Source: an uncultured Ardenticatenia bacterium (GTDB taxonomy: Bacteria > Chloroflexota > Anaerolineae > 4572-78 > NAK82). From it: DNA of 64,000 bases. The stretch is from positions 36,255 through 100,254 of the forward strand of contig CAKZLO010000014.1 of assembly GCA_937127125.1 (NCBI GenBank), in the 5' to 3' direction. Below the pieces are notes generated by a model, which worked only from the letters and a program-made list of their open reading frames with translations, was not told the origin of the DNA and made no database searches. Each line of letters opens with the position of its first letter. Positions within the stretch are counted from its first letter, which is position 1. This document shows positions 1-9,490 of the stretch, piece after piece. The position numbers and the translations under genes were made by a program.

Positions 1-3000
1 CTGGCAAGTGTGTACTGACGGCTCACCATAATGCCACGGCTGACGGCCCTGATATCCTCAACTGGCTTGAAAAGGCGTAGGTACATGCTGTAATACAGTC
101 GACCTGTGCCAGCTGCCTGCCCTGACGGAGCAGTGCGTTCCACCACCACGCGATTGATCTCATCGGCCAACAAACGGGCCACTTCTACCTGCAGCTTCTG
201 GGTTTCGGTGAGGTTATCGGGAGTTACACTGCCCTGTCCCAATGGCTGATCGTTGACTAAAATGCGCCACTCATAACGCCCTTGTAATTCACCAGTTGCT
301 TTCATCCAGTCGGTCAACGCGATAATGGCCCACGCGTTTTCTTGTGTGGTCTCCCAGAAACCCTCTTTGCGCGCGCTCATCAGCCAGCGCACCGCATTGG
401 CTGCCAGCGGGTTGTTGCTGTCCAGACGCGCCAATGCAGCCAAGATGATGGCAGTCGAGCGAGTGTCGGTGTTCATAGCGTAGTAGTCGACCTCGGCTTC
501 CTCCCAGTGGGCACCCGTCGCGCTGATGATAGCTGCATTGGTGAGGTCGGAAAGCAAGGTGCTGACACGCGGGTCGCCATCTGGGTGCAGCAGTGCCAAC
601 GCCATTGCCAGAAATGCCTTGCCAAAGGCGTCGAGCGTATCGCGCTGCTCGAACAGAGCGACAGTGCGTCCCACATCGCCACGTCCTGCTTCGGCCAGCA
701 CATACAGCACGAATGCCTGACGATTTGCTTGCCAGAATAGCGTATCACCCTTGACTGGCTGCAGGGTTCCCTGCAGGTACTCCGCCGCGCGATCCATTAC
801 CTGTTGATCTACCACGAAGCCAGCGCGAGCTGCCTCGACCATGCCTAGCAACACATAAGCGGTTATGAAAGGATCTGACTCATCCGGAAGCCACCAGCCC
901 CAGCCACCATCGTAGTGTTGCTGGTTGTACAGCCGCTGCAGCCCAACGCCCACCAGTCCGGGCAAAGTGGTCTCCAGGTCAGCTCGCTCCAGACCCAGAT
1001 CCTTGTACGCGCGGTAGGTCATCACATTGGGCAGAAAACGACTGACTGTCTGCTCCGTACACTCATAAGGGAAGTGCTCCAGGTACTTGAGCCCTTCCAC
1101 CATTCCGGCCGCCAGTGACGGATCAAGTTGCACTGTCAGCTCACCTTGGGTAGGATCATAACGGGCTGGCAAAGCTACACCTTCAACGCGACTGCCGTCC
1201 TCATCCAGCTGACCAGATGTTGCGACCACCTCAGGTGTGCTATAGCGATATACTGGCAGCGAGAACTCCAACGCGTCTGTTAAGCCTTGGGCACGCACGC
1301 CAAAACGCAATGTTGCCGCGCTCACACTGCCAGCTGTGGCTGTCCACGCCACTCGTACCCGATCGTGCGCTGGGACAGTGACTTTCTGCAAGGTGTCACC
1401 TTGTATCTGTAGACCTTTCGCTTGCACCACTACCTCAGCATCGAGCGATTGATCCGTGTTGTTGTTGACCACTGCCCCCAGCTCGACCTGATCGTTGACG
1501 ACTAGGAAGCGCGGCACAACTGGGCGCACCAACAGGTCCTTGCTGCTGACCACGTCCACGGTAGACTGACCAACCAATGTATCTACTGTGACACCCCAAC
1601 TGCTCAACCGCCAAGTGGTCAGGTTGTCGGGCAACGTTACATTCACTATCGCTTTGCCGTCAACATCAGTGCGCACTACAGGATTCCAGTAAGCCGTGTC
1701 AGGGAAACGTCTGCGTACTACACCAAATCCTTCTCCGCCGCCACCACCTTTTGCCTCTGGCGCTACTGTCAGGTTGATGCGGTCAACCGAAAGCGTCAAT
1801 CCGCTGGCAGTGTGCACACCCAATCCTCGCTCGCGCCAAAAAGCGCCAATGATGTCGGGCGGCTGATCCGCCAGCGACAGTACCGATAGATCGACCAGGC
1901 TGAGCGCCAGCTCTGCCTCTACCGGCTGTCCGCGACTGTCGGTGGTAGTGATATCGTAAGTCACCGTCTCACCGGGCCCATAGTGCTGCCCAGCTGGCTT
2001 GTCCGGTTTTATCGTAATAGTGAGCTCCTTGTCCGCTGTGTCGATCGAGAGCTGTGCGTAACCGACCTTGAAGCTGGGCAATGGATTTGCTTCGTCCTGT
2101 CCCTTGATAATCACTACTGAGACAAATACGTTCGGGATCAGATCTTCAGTGATCGGGATCTGAATCTGTTCCGAATTTGTCTTCAGCGTCTGAACCCAGT
2201 GACGGTAGATGTGTCCGCGTTCAAGAGTGATCAGGGCCTGTACTTCTCCCTGGTAGGGGTGAGGGATCAATATCGTAGCCGTGTCGCCCACGCGATACTG
2301 TCTCTGATCAGCTACCAGCTCGATGCGATCGTGGTTCTCCTGCCGCCAGTTGATAAATTCCCTGCCACTCACCCACATATATGTGGCGCTGGTGATTTGG
2401 TTGCCCTTTTCATCTTCTCCTTTGGCAGCGATACGGTAGATGCCACCCTTTTCCGGCGTGAAGCGCACTGTGGTCATCCCCTGAGCATCAGTGGTAACAG
2501 TGGTAGTATAGACCGGTATGTCCTCGACCGTGCTCTCCCAGTAGTAACGGCCGTCTTCTCCCAGCTTACGCACGCTGTACCAGTTGTGCTCTGAGAAGAC
2601 AACTGTCAACGTGCGGTTAGGTGAGGGATTGCTCTCCCAATCCACTGTAATTAGGTTGACAACGCTCTCTTTGTTGACCTGGCTAACATATTCCGCTGGG
2701 CGCAGGCCAATGTAGAAATTCCCCTTGTGGACCACTGCCTCGGTACGGTTGCTGACCTGCTGATTATTGATGTCAGTGACAGTGACCTCCAATGTGAAGA
2801 GCTGGCTCATCGTGTACTTGGCGATATCCGCTTCCAGGCTGAAGGTGAAACGACCCTGCTTGTCTGTAGTACCATCGCCTTCCGCGATTACTTCACCATA
2901 CTGACCGTAGTATTCCCCACGACGGCTCCAGTCATAATCTGTAAAATCCCACCATCCTTTGCCTTGATAGGTGAAACCTCGGTCGGCAGACAGCACGCTC

Positions 3001-5582
3001 CAGTGCACTCGAGCGTCAGACACTGCCCCGCCAAAGTAATAAGTCGCCTGTGCTGTCACATTGATGCGATCACCCTGTGCGTATTCTGGCCGGTCAGTCT
3101 GCACAGTGACCTGAAATTCTGGTCGCCGATATTCGGCCACCTGGAAAGATGTGGTCAGGTATTGCTCGCGGTAGACCGCCTCAAGCGTGTAGCTGCCCAG
3201 CGCGGCTTCCTCACTCAGCTGAAATTCGCCGTGGAGGGTGCCCATATCGCTGACCGACTTATTTTCCCGATATAACACTGTGCCTTGTGAGTCGTAAATG
3301 GTCACCTGGATGCTAGCTTCCTGACCGGGGATCGTGTAGTGCGCGTCATCATCATCTCTGATGATCCCCTTAAAGTAGACCTTCTGACCCGGGCGGTAAA
3401 TAGTGCGGTCGGTGAATAAGTAGCCCATTACCGGTTGGACGTAGTCCTCAACTGGCACACCGAATTCCCATGGCGAAATGCCATCACTCCATTGATTAAT
3501 CGCCACAGCAAAGCGTTCATCCGGCCGGTTGGGGTTGCCGACAAAAGCGTAGACCGACTTCCAGATATCTATTGGTTCGTGCCGGTCGGCAACAAAGACA
3601 CCATCTGTCCCAGTGCGTCCTTCATCAAGCAGGTTGCCTTGCTTGTCATATATGCTGATCGGGAGGTTGGGCACCGGCTGCCCAGTTTTCAGATCTGTAG
3701 CCCACACCAATGCGTCCGTGGAGGTAGTCTTGAAGGTCAAATTGACTGCTGAGACGATCAGAATCTGCCGCTGGGTGGACAGCCAGCCATAGCCTCTCGC
3801 CTCTGGGTAGACGGCTTCGGGAGGTACAGTAGCCTCCAGGTAGTAGATACCCGGAGCGAGGCGGGCGCCTTTTTCTCCTGCCAAGTTGGTGCCGTAGATG
3901 ACACTGCTATTGAGATCGGGGTGCACTTCCAATGACCAACTGCGCACCAGGTTCCGACGCTTACCACTGTAGTTCTCCCAAAAGTCCCACGAGTCTTCTC
4001 CAGTGGCCTGCAGGAAGTCTGTCATCCCCATGCGATAGAGTGCAAAGTCAACCCGGCCGACGTTGCGCACCATGACGTATGCCACAGTCGGCGTGTAAGC
4101 CAGAAAAGTGCCTATCTTGTAGGGTGTGTAAAGGTAGACGGTCGGGTCGGCAGCCCGTGTACGCCAGCGAACGACGACATCCCGGCCCAGCTTTTGGCCA
4201 TCGCGTCCCTCGATGTTGCGGCTGAGCACCACTTGGTAATCAGTGCTGGGCTTCATGTCGAATGACAGCTGTAACTGTGTGTTGTTGTCCCACCAGTAGG
4301 TATACACTTCGGTCGTGGTGATGGCTGGGGTGATTGTAAAGTTGCCATTGATCGAATCAGGATTCATCGGACTGGAAAAAGTTACCTGCAGCCCACCCCA
4401 GTAATCAGCAGCCTCCTCACCATCAGACGGGCTGGTGCTGACAACCGTCGGATATTCGATGGTGGTGAAGCTCCATGTGTAGTCTTTACTCGTGCCAATG
4501 GTTCCCACAGCAGCACGGGTGCCAGCAGGTATGGTCGCATGGTACATGGCACCGAACTCAAGCGACCGGTCCGGTGTGAACATCATCGTCTCCACGCCAA
4601 CCACAGGGGGACCTTGGCTGCCTTCCCCCATATCGTACCTGTAGTCGTACTTACTTGGACGCGGACGAGGAATGCCCTCTGACTTCCATTCGAAACGGCC
4701 GGTGACGAACTGGCCGGTCTCGCTATGCTGCAACCGAAACGCTGCCTCAACCGCCCGTCGATTCATGGGCTGGTTAAAAGCTACCTGAATAGTGGGCTGG
4801 ACGCTAACAAAGATGCCATCCGGGGGAGGATCACTGGCAACCACTGCCGGCATAACAGTGGTGAACTCCCATACGAAGTCCTCTTTCAGCACACCTCCGG
4901 TCAGATCTTGCAAGTTGCTGACACGCACTCGGTAGGTGGTAGCGGGGTCAAACCCAAGATCTGGGGTAAAAGTGTAAATGGAAGTGTTAAGCCACTCGCC
5001 CTTGCCAGTCAACGGAGGATCAAACGAGAGCGGCTGTGGCAATCGGCTTTGATCTTCCAATGCGGATAGGGGCACGACTGGTCGGTTAAAAGTCACGGTG
5101 ACGATGGCATCCGCAGCCACTTCGGTAGTATCGGGCGCAGGCTGTACGGCGCTCACTTCCAGATAGCCCACCGTGACAAAGCGGAAAGTAGCCGGCTCGT
5201 CCAGCGGCACCCCAGAACTGCTCCTGGCCTCTTGCCCCAAAGTGACCACGTAGCGCGTGGCACGTTGCAACGGCTCAGAGGGCTTGAATTGCATGATGTG
5301 AGGCAGTGGCCAAGTGAAACTTCCCTCTACTGGGGGCTCGACGCGAAAAGCAGCCTGTACCGATTTCGCGTCCATCGGTTGGTCAAAGGTGAGCTGCAGT
5401 GGTGCGTCAAGGGGTTGCTCTTCGGCGGGAGCCGGCACGAACTGAAGCACGCGTGGCGGCAGCGGCTGTGACGCCTGGGCCAAGACAGCGGGAGTGAGTG
5501 CTGGCGGCAATGTGCCAATGAGCAGGCTCAGCAATGCCAACACCGACAGTAGGGACAAAGTGATGGGTCTCACAGTTCTCAT
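1..5582 (-). CDS. Bacterial alpha-2-macroglobulin family protein with four N-terminal Ig-like (Big_5-type) domains; 3' end lies outside the window
   Basis: Not in the ORF track because it has no stop in the window; translated by hand in sampled segments. ATG at 5582 after RBS AGGAGGAG (5591-5598). Signal peptide MRTVRPITLSLLSVLALLSLLIG. Four repeats of 'P/L-x-V...P...L/I-x-x-x-F-x-x-P'. A2M motifs RRRFPDTAYW and LEHFPYECTEQTVSRFLPN (CxEQ thioester at 1050-1061). Adjacent to a PBP1C gene. Confidence 0.93.
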   Translation of the reverse strand, partial: MRTVRPITLSLLSVLALLSLLIGTLPPALTPAVLAQASQPLPPRVLQFVPAPAEEQPLDAPLQLTFDQPMDAKSVQAAFRVEPPVEGSFTWPLPHIMQFKPSEPLQRATRYVVTLGQEARSSSGVPLDEPATFRFVTVGYLEVSAVQPAPDTTEVAADAIVTVTFNRPVVPLSALEDQSRLPQPLSFDPPLTGKGEWLNTSIYTFTPDLGFDPATTYRVRVSNLQDLTGGVLKEDFVWEFTTVMPAVVASDPPPDGIFVSVQPTIQVAFNQPMNRRAVEAAFRLQHSETGQFVTGRFEWKSEGIPRPRPSKYDYRYDMGEGSQGPPVVGVETMMFTPDRSLEFGAMYHATIPAGTRAAVGTIGTSKDYTWSFTTIEYPTVVSTSPSDGEEAADYWGGLQVTFSSPMNPDSINGNFTITPAITTTEVYTYWWDNNTQLQLSFDMKPSTDYQVVLSRNIEGRDGQKLGRDVVVRWRTRAADPTVYLYTPYKIGTFLAYTPTVAYVMVRNVGRVDFALYRMGMTDFLQATGEDSWDFWENYSGKRRNLVRSWSLEVHPDLNSSVIYGTNLAGEKGARLAPGIYYLEATVPPEAVYPEARGYGWLSTQRQILIVSAVNLTFKTTSTDALVWATDLKTGQPVPNLPISIYDKQGNLLDEGRTGTDGVFVADRHEPIDIWKSVYAFVGNPNRPDERFAVAINQWSDGISPWEFGVPVEDYVQPVMGYLFTDRTIYRPGQKVYFKGIIRDDDDAHYTIPGQEASIQVTIYDSQGTVLYRENKSVSDMGTLHGEFQLSEEAALGSYTLEAVYREQYLTTSFQVAEYRRPEFQVTVQTDRPEYAQGDRINVTAQATYYFGGAVSDARVHWSVLSADRGFTYQGKGWWDFTDYDWSRRGEYYGQYGEVIAEGDGTTDKQGRFTFSLEADIAKYTMSQLFTLEVTVTDINNQQVSNRTEAVVHKGNFYIGLRPAEYVSQVNKESVVNLITVDWESNPSPNRTLTVVFSEHNWYSVRKLGEDGRYYWESTVEDIPVYTTTVTTDAQGMTTVRFTPEKGGIYRIAAKGEDEKGNQITSATYMWVSGREFINWRQENHDRIELVADQRQYRVGDTATILIPHPYQGEVQALITLERGHIYRHWVQTLKTNSEQIQIPITEDLIPNVFVSVVIIKGQDEANPLPSFKVGYAQLSIDTADKELTITIKPDKPAGQHYGPGETVTYDITTTDSRGQPVEAELALSLVDLSVLSLADQPPDIIGAFWRERGLGVHTASGLTLSVDRINLTVAPEAKGGGGGEGFGVVRRRFPDTAYWNPVVRTDVDGKAIVNVTLPDNLTTWRLSSWGVTVDTLVGQSTVDVVSSKDLLVRPVVPRFLVVNDQVELGAVVNNNTDQSLDAEVVVQAKGLQIQGDTLQKVTVPAHDRVRVAWTATAGSVSAATLRFGVRAQGLTDALEFSLPVYRYSTPEVVATSGQLDEDGSRVEGVALPARYDPTQGELTVQLDPSLAAGMVEGLKYLEHFPYECTEQTVSRFLPNVMTYRAYKDLGLERADLETTLPGLVGVGLQRLYNQQHYDGGWGWWLPDESDPFITAYVLLGMVEAARAGFVVDQQVMDRAAEYLQGTLQPVKGDTLFWQANRQAFVLYVLAEAGRGDVGRTVALFEQRDTLDAFGKAFLAMALALLHPDGDPRVSTLLSDLTNAAIISATGAHWEEAEVDYYAMNTDTRSTAIILAALARLDSNNPLAANAVRWLMSARKEGFWETTQENAWAIIALTDWMKATGELQGRYEWRILVNDQPLGQGSVTPDNLTETQKLQVEVARLLADEINRVVVERTAPSGQAAGTGRLYYSMYLRLFKPVEDIRAVSRGIMVSRQYTLA

Positions 5583-5652
5583 TTTGCAATCTCCTCCTCG
5601 ATGACCTGAGAACACATTCCACCTTCACCCTCTATCAGGGAAAGAGGGCCGG

Positions 5653-8331
5653 CTATTCAGCTACTTCGACGCTCACCGCATTGCTGTGCAGCAAGCGCCC
5701 TTTTTCATCTAACCCCTGTGCGGCGAAGGTGTGCCTGCCTGGCTTCATATCCCAGGCGGCCTGATAAGGTGGCTGAACCAGCGTCGCCAGCGGCTGATCA
5801 TCCACGAACAAAGTAACTTGGCGCAAGGTGATACCATCTGTGGAACGCGCTCGTACCGTTAAACGTTGTGAAGCACGCGGTATCTCCGGCGAAAGGCGAT
5901 AACGCGCCCCTTGATCCGGACTGACCATCACCAGGCCAGCCTCTGAAATCACCTCTGTTCTCTGGCGAGTTTCTTGGATTGTACCAGGCAATGGGCAGAG
6001 CGGCGAATATTGTTCCGGAGGGTACGGGATACCTTGTTGGCGTGCCCATTGCTGCGCTTCAGCAGGATAAAGCACATAGCGTCGGTAAGACACATACTGA
6101 GGTGGGCATTGTGGCCCTGCCAGCAAGCCATTACGTGTGTCGATTCGGTACCACCAGTGCCAATCATCATAGCGTGTTGGCTGCGTGCCCACAATGAAGA
6201 GCTCATCGATCTCGCGCGGGCAGATTGCCGGATGGCGCACTGCCGACGATGCATCACGGCCCCACGATGTGCGCGCCGGGGTGGCTGTTACAGTATTGTC
6301 CGGTATGGCGGGGAGCAAGCCATTCTCAGCACACACTTTCATGCGTATCAGGCCATCTGGCTGAACAAACCAGTGCACGGGACGACCTTTGTGCAGCTCT
6401 TCCATCACATCGTGCCAGATAGGCGCCGCTCCCGTGATGCCACTTACATGGCGCATCGGCTCGTTGTCGGCATTCCCGACCCACACGCCTGTCACCAGGT
6501 CAGGAGTGTAACCCACTGTCCAGTTATCGCGCCAATCGGTCGTGGTGCCTGTCTTGGCTGCTGCTGGGCGCGACAGGCGTAACGGGCTACCCTCCCCGAA
6601 GGTCGAAGCGCGTGCCTGATCATCGCTTAGAATATCACTGATCAGATACGCTACGCGTTCATCCATTACACGCTGACGTGGCGTTGGGACAGCGTGTTTG
6701 AGAACGCGCCCCCATGCATCCTCCACACGCGTGATTGCCACCGGTTCTACCCGATAGCCTCCGCTGGCAAAGGCGGCATAGGCACTCGTCAGCTCCAGTA
6801 GGCGTACCTCACCACCCCCGAGCGTCAACGCCAATCCGAAGCGGTTGGCGTTGTCAAAGGTGGTGATGCCCATAGCTCGTGCCAATTTCGTCATCGCGTC
6901 AATGCCTACATAATCCAGAACTTTAACCGCCACCAAGTTATAACTGGAAGCCAGCGCCTGACGTAGCAGCACAGGACCATGCCAACGACGGTCATAGTTC
7001 TGCGGCACATAGGGATCGCCCTCGCGAGTCAGAAAAGCTGTCCGAACATCTACTAACATCGTTCCCGGCGTCAGTGGATTGGGGCGTGTCGGATCCATCG
7101 CTGCGGCGTAGGTGATCGGTTTAAGTGAGGAACCGGGCTGACGCGTGGCCATCGTCGCATTGACTGCACCGTCAATGCGCGGATCAAAATAATCCGGACT
7201 ACCCAACATAGCGAGAATGTGACCGGAGTGTACGTCCAGCACCACAACAGCCGCGTTACGCACATTGCGTGGTGGTTGTCCCTCGCGGGCTGTCCTCAAC
7301 TGCGCCATGCGATAGTTCACCACGCGCTGTACTGTATCCTGTACATCCAGGTCTAGTGAAGTATAGACTTGCAATCCTTGTGTGTAGATGGCTTGCAGGC
7401 CGAACTCGCGCTCTAGTTGGCCACGCACAAACATTACAAAGTGGGGTGCCCGAATTGGGAATGGTGCTCCAGCAAACGCCAGATCCTCGCGTGCTGCTAG
7501 CTCAGCTTCTTGCTGGGTGATAAATCCATGTTTGACCATCAGGCCAAGCACGACCGCCTGACGTTCACGTGCCGCTTTGGGATTCTCCAGAGGATTGTAC
7601 CGCGAAGGCGATTGCGGCAAGCCAGCCAGCATAGCACACTCGGCCAGATCGAGTTCTGCCACGCTCTTGGCAAAATAAGTGCGCGCGGCTGCCTCGATAC
7701 CATATGCCAAATTGCCATAATAGGTCTCGTTGAGATAAATGGTTAAAATCTCATCTTTGCTATAGGTACGCGCCAACCGCCAGGCCAGAATTGCCTCGCG
7801 CAGTTTGCGTTCCAATGAGATTCGGTTGCGCTCCTCTGGCATCATGAGTAGATTGCGCGCCAGCTGTTGCGTGATCGTGCTGCCTCCGGAGAGTATCTCG
7901 CCACTCCATAAGTTGATCCACAACGCGCGTATTATGGCCCAGACATCCACACCTGGGTTGGTGTAGAAACTGGCATCCTCAGTAGCGATGACAGCCTGTA
8001 CACACGCCTTCGGGATCGCATGGAGTGGTACAGGGGTATGTGAGCCGCCGTGCGGATCCAGGATCTCATAGAGCAGCCGGCCATTACGATCATAGATGCG
8101 GGTCGAGGGTGCGGCGGTGCGCTGGTAGAGGCTATCGGGCGACGGCAGATCCACAGCCAACCAATGCCACAGGCCAGCTGTGCCAAAGCCGAATAGAAGC
8201 ATACAGATTGCCAGCAGACTCCCCAGCCACGATAGACGGGGGAAGCGGTTGCGCCAGCAAATCATATGCCGCCCCAATAGACAGGATAGGGAGTGTTTCT
8301 CACTCCCTCCCTCTCCGTAATGCATATTCAT
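5653..8331 (-). CDS. pbpC: Penicillin-binding protein 1C (transglycosylase/transpeptidase); start uncertain, possibly slightly downstream
   Basis: Transglycosylase motifs EDASF and GGSTITQQL; transpeptidase motifs SSLK (SxxK), SYN and KTG; N-terminal TM helix; C-terminal Ig-like domain; canonical pairing with A2M. Confidence 0.9.
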   Translation of the reverse strand: MNMHYGEGGSEKHSLSCLLGRHMICWRNRFPRLSWLGSLLAICMLLFGFGTAGLWHWLAVDLPSPDSLYQRTAAPSTRIYDRNGRLLYEILDPHGGSHTPVPLHAIPKACVQAVIATEDASFYTNPGVDVWAIIRALWINLWSGEILSGGSTITQQLARNLLMMPEERNRISLERKLREAILAWRLARTYSKDEILTIYLNETYYGNLAYGIEAAARTYFAKSVAELDLAECAMLAGLPQSPSRYNPLENPKAARERQAVVLGLMVKHGFITQQEAELAAREDLAFAGAPFPIRAPHFVMFVRGQLEREFGLQAIYTQGLQVYTSLDLDVQDTVQRVVNYRMAQLRTAREGQPPRNVRNAAVVVLDVHSGHILAMLGSPDYFDPRIDGAVNATMATRQPGSSLKPITYAAAMDPTRPNPLTPGTMLVDVRTAFLTREGDPYVPQNYDRRWHGPVLLRQALASSYNLVAVKVLDYVGIDAMTKLARAMGITTFDNANRFGLALTLGGGEVRLLELTSAYAAFASGGYRVEPVAITRVEDAWGRVLKHAVPTPRQRVMDERVAYLISDILSDDQARASTFGEGSPLRLSRPAAAKTGTTTDWRDNWTVGYTPDLVTGVWVGNADNEPMRHVSGITGAAPIWHDVMEELHKGRPVHWFVQPDGLIRMKVCAENGLLPAIPDNTVTATPARTSWGRDASSAVRHPAICPREIDELFIVGTQPTRYDDWHWWYRIDTRNGLLAGPQCPPQYVSYRRYVLYPAEAQQWARQQGIPYPPEQYSPLCPLPGTIQETRQRTEVISEAGLVMVSPDQGARYRLSPEIPRASQRLTVRARSTDGITLRQVTLFVDDQPLATLVQPPYQAAWDMKPGRHTFAAQGLDEKGRLLHSNAVSVEVAE

Positions 8332-9068
8332 TGCACCGTGCTGTAAGTTACTTGTAGCTGCATTGTAATCTCCAGCTCTCCAGGCATAATTGGTCCGCCT
8401 CCGCCCGTTCCCTCCGCCTTCTGGACGGCCCCAACGTAGTAACCGCCACCGCCGATCACCTCGCTGACACTAATGACCTCGCCCAATTGCAAGTTGGTCA
8501 GTCGAGCAAGATCCTCTGCCTTAGCGCGGGCATTTTCGACCGCCTTGCGGCGTGCTTCCGCTTCTGCTTGTGCAGTGTCTGACAGACCAAACGTGACCCC
8601 ATAGATGTTGTTGGCGCCAGCGGTCATTGCGGCATCCAGTATTGCCCCGAGATTCGCAAGATTACGAATTGTGACATTAAGCTGATTGGTGACATGGTAA
8701 ACCGGTGCACCCTGAGTTCCCTCCGGACTGTATGGTCGCTCCTGCCAGACACTGAATCCAGAGGTCTGAACGTCTTTTTCTTCAACGCCCAACTGCTTGA
8801 GTACGTTCAGCACCTCACTCATTACTTGTGACGCCTCGGCGCTGGCTTCCTTGACTGTTGACTTGACAATCTCTACCCCGATGGTAGCTTGTGCCATATC
8901 TGGCTTGATTCTTACCTTGCCTTCACCTACAACAGTGATGGTACCCGGCTGAATATCACCTTGGGCACTCACCGCAGTGGGGATAAGAGCAGTAGCAACC
9001 ACACCAAACAGAAGTGCCAATACTGCAGCAGCGCTGATCAGTCTCGCTAGGGGTGTGCCTCGTTTCAT
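8328..9068 (-). CDS. SIMPL domain (DUF541/YggE-like) secreted protein
   Basis: Motifs ITVVGEGKVRIKPDMA, LDAAMTAGANNIYGVTF and AVENARAKAE. Start placed at ATG 9068 (MKRGT) after RBS AGGAGGA, followed by a signal peptide. Confidence 0.9.
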   Translation of the reverse strand: MKRGTPLARLISAAAVLALLFGVVATALIPTAVSAQGDIQPGTITVVGEGKVRIKPDMAQATIGVEIVKSTVKEASAEASQVMSEVLNVLKQLGVEEKDVQTSGFSVWQERPYSPEGTQGAPVYHVTNQLNVTIRNLANLGAILDAAMTAGANNIYGVTFGLSDTAQAEAEARRKAVENARAKAEDLARLTNLQLGEVISVSEVIGGGGYYVGAVQKAEGTGGGGPIMPGELEITMQLQVTYSTVQ

Positions 9069-9169
9069 AGAATCCTCCTTATACCTCCTCATCAAATTTG
9101 TGTCTTCTCGCATCACACTGTCTTCACCGACGTCGCTAGGAGGCAAGTTGTTCCATGGCCTGGCAAAGG

Positions 9170-9197
9170 ATTATAGCATGCAAGGCCAAAAAGGCAA
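9170..9197 (-). promoter_or_regulatory. Putative sigma70 promoter for the SIMPL-pbpC-A2M operon
   Basis: Minus strand reads TTGCCT-N16-TATAAT with extended -10 TG (TGcTATAAT). Confidence 0.55.
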
Positions 9198-9490
9198 GGA
9201 TCTCATGCGACGAGCAATTCTTGGGGCGTTGTCCGTCACCTTCCCCCTGTTCTGCCACTCCGAATGGTCGGGATTTCTTACAGAGTCCCGCGCTATGGTG
9301 TGTTTACCTTGGCTGTGAGCTAATTACCCGTGGACTCCTCCAGGAATGCATCGTTCAGCGCTAAATTGTGCATTCGTGCGTGGACATCTGCCCTCTGGTC
9401 AACAAGCCATTTGGGTTTATAATTTATGAGGGGTGGTTCAGAGCTTCCTACCGGTGCGCCTCCGCGGCCACGTAGGAGAATGAGAAAGGT

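Noticed and set aside
342..5628. Many short ORFs in the track over the first 5.6 kb
   Set aside because: They are shadows of the long minus-strand alpha-2-macroglobulin frame, which the track omits because it lacks a stop in the window.
9200..9380. Hairpins and fragments (CGCTGAA, GGGGGAA, AGCTAA) resembling a c-di-AMP (ydaO) riboswitch
   Set aside because: The fragments lie on different strands or in the wrong order and fall upstream of both predicted promoters.
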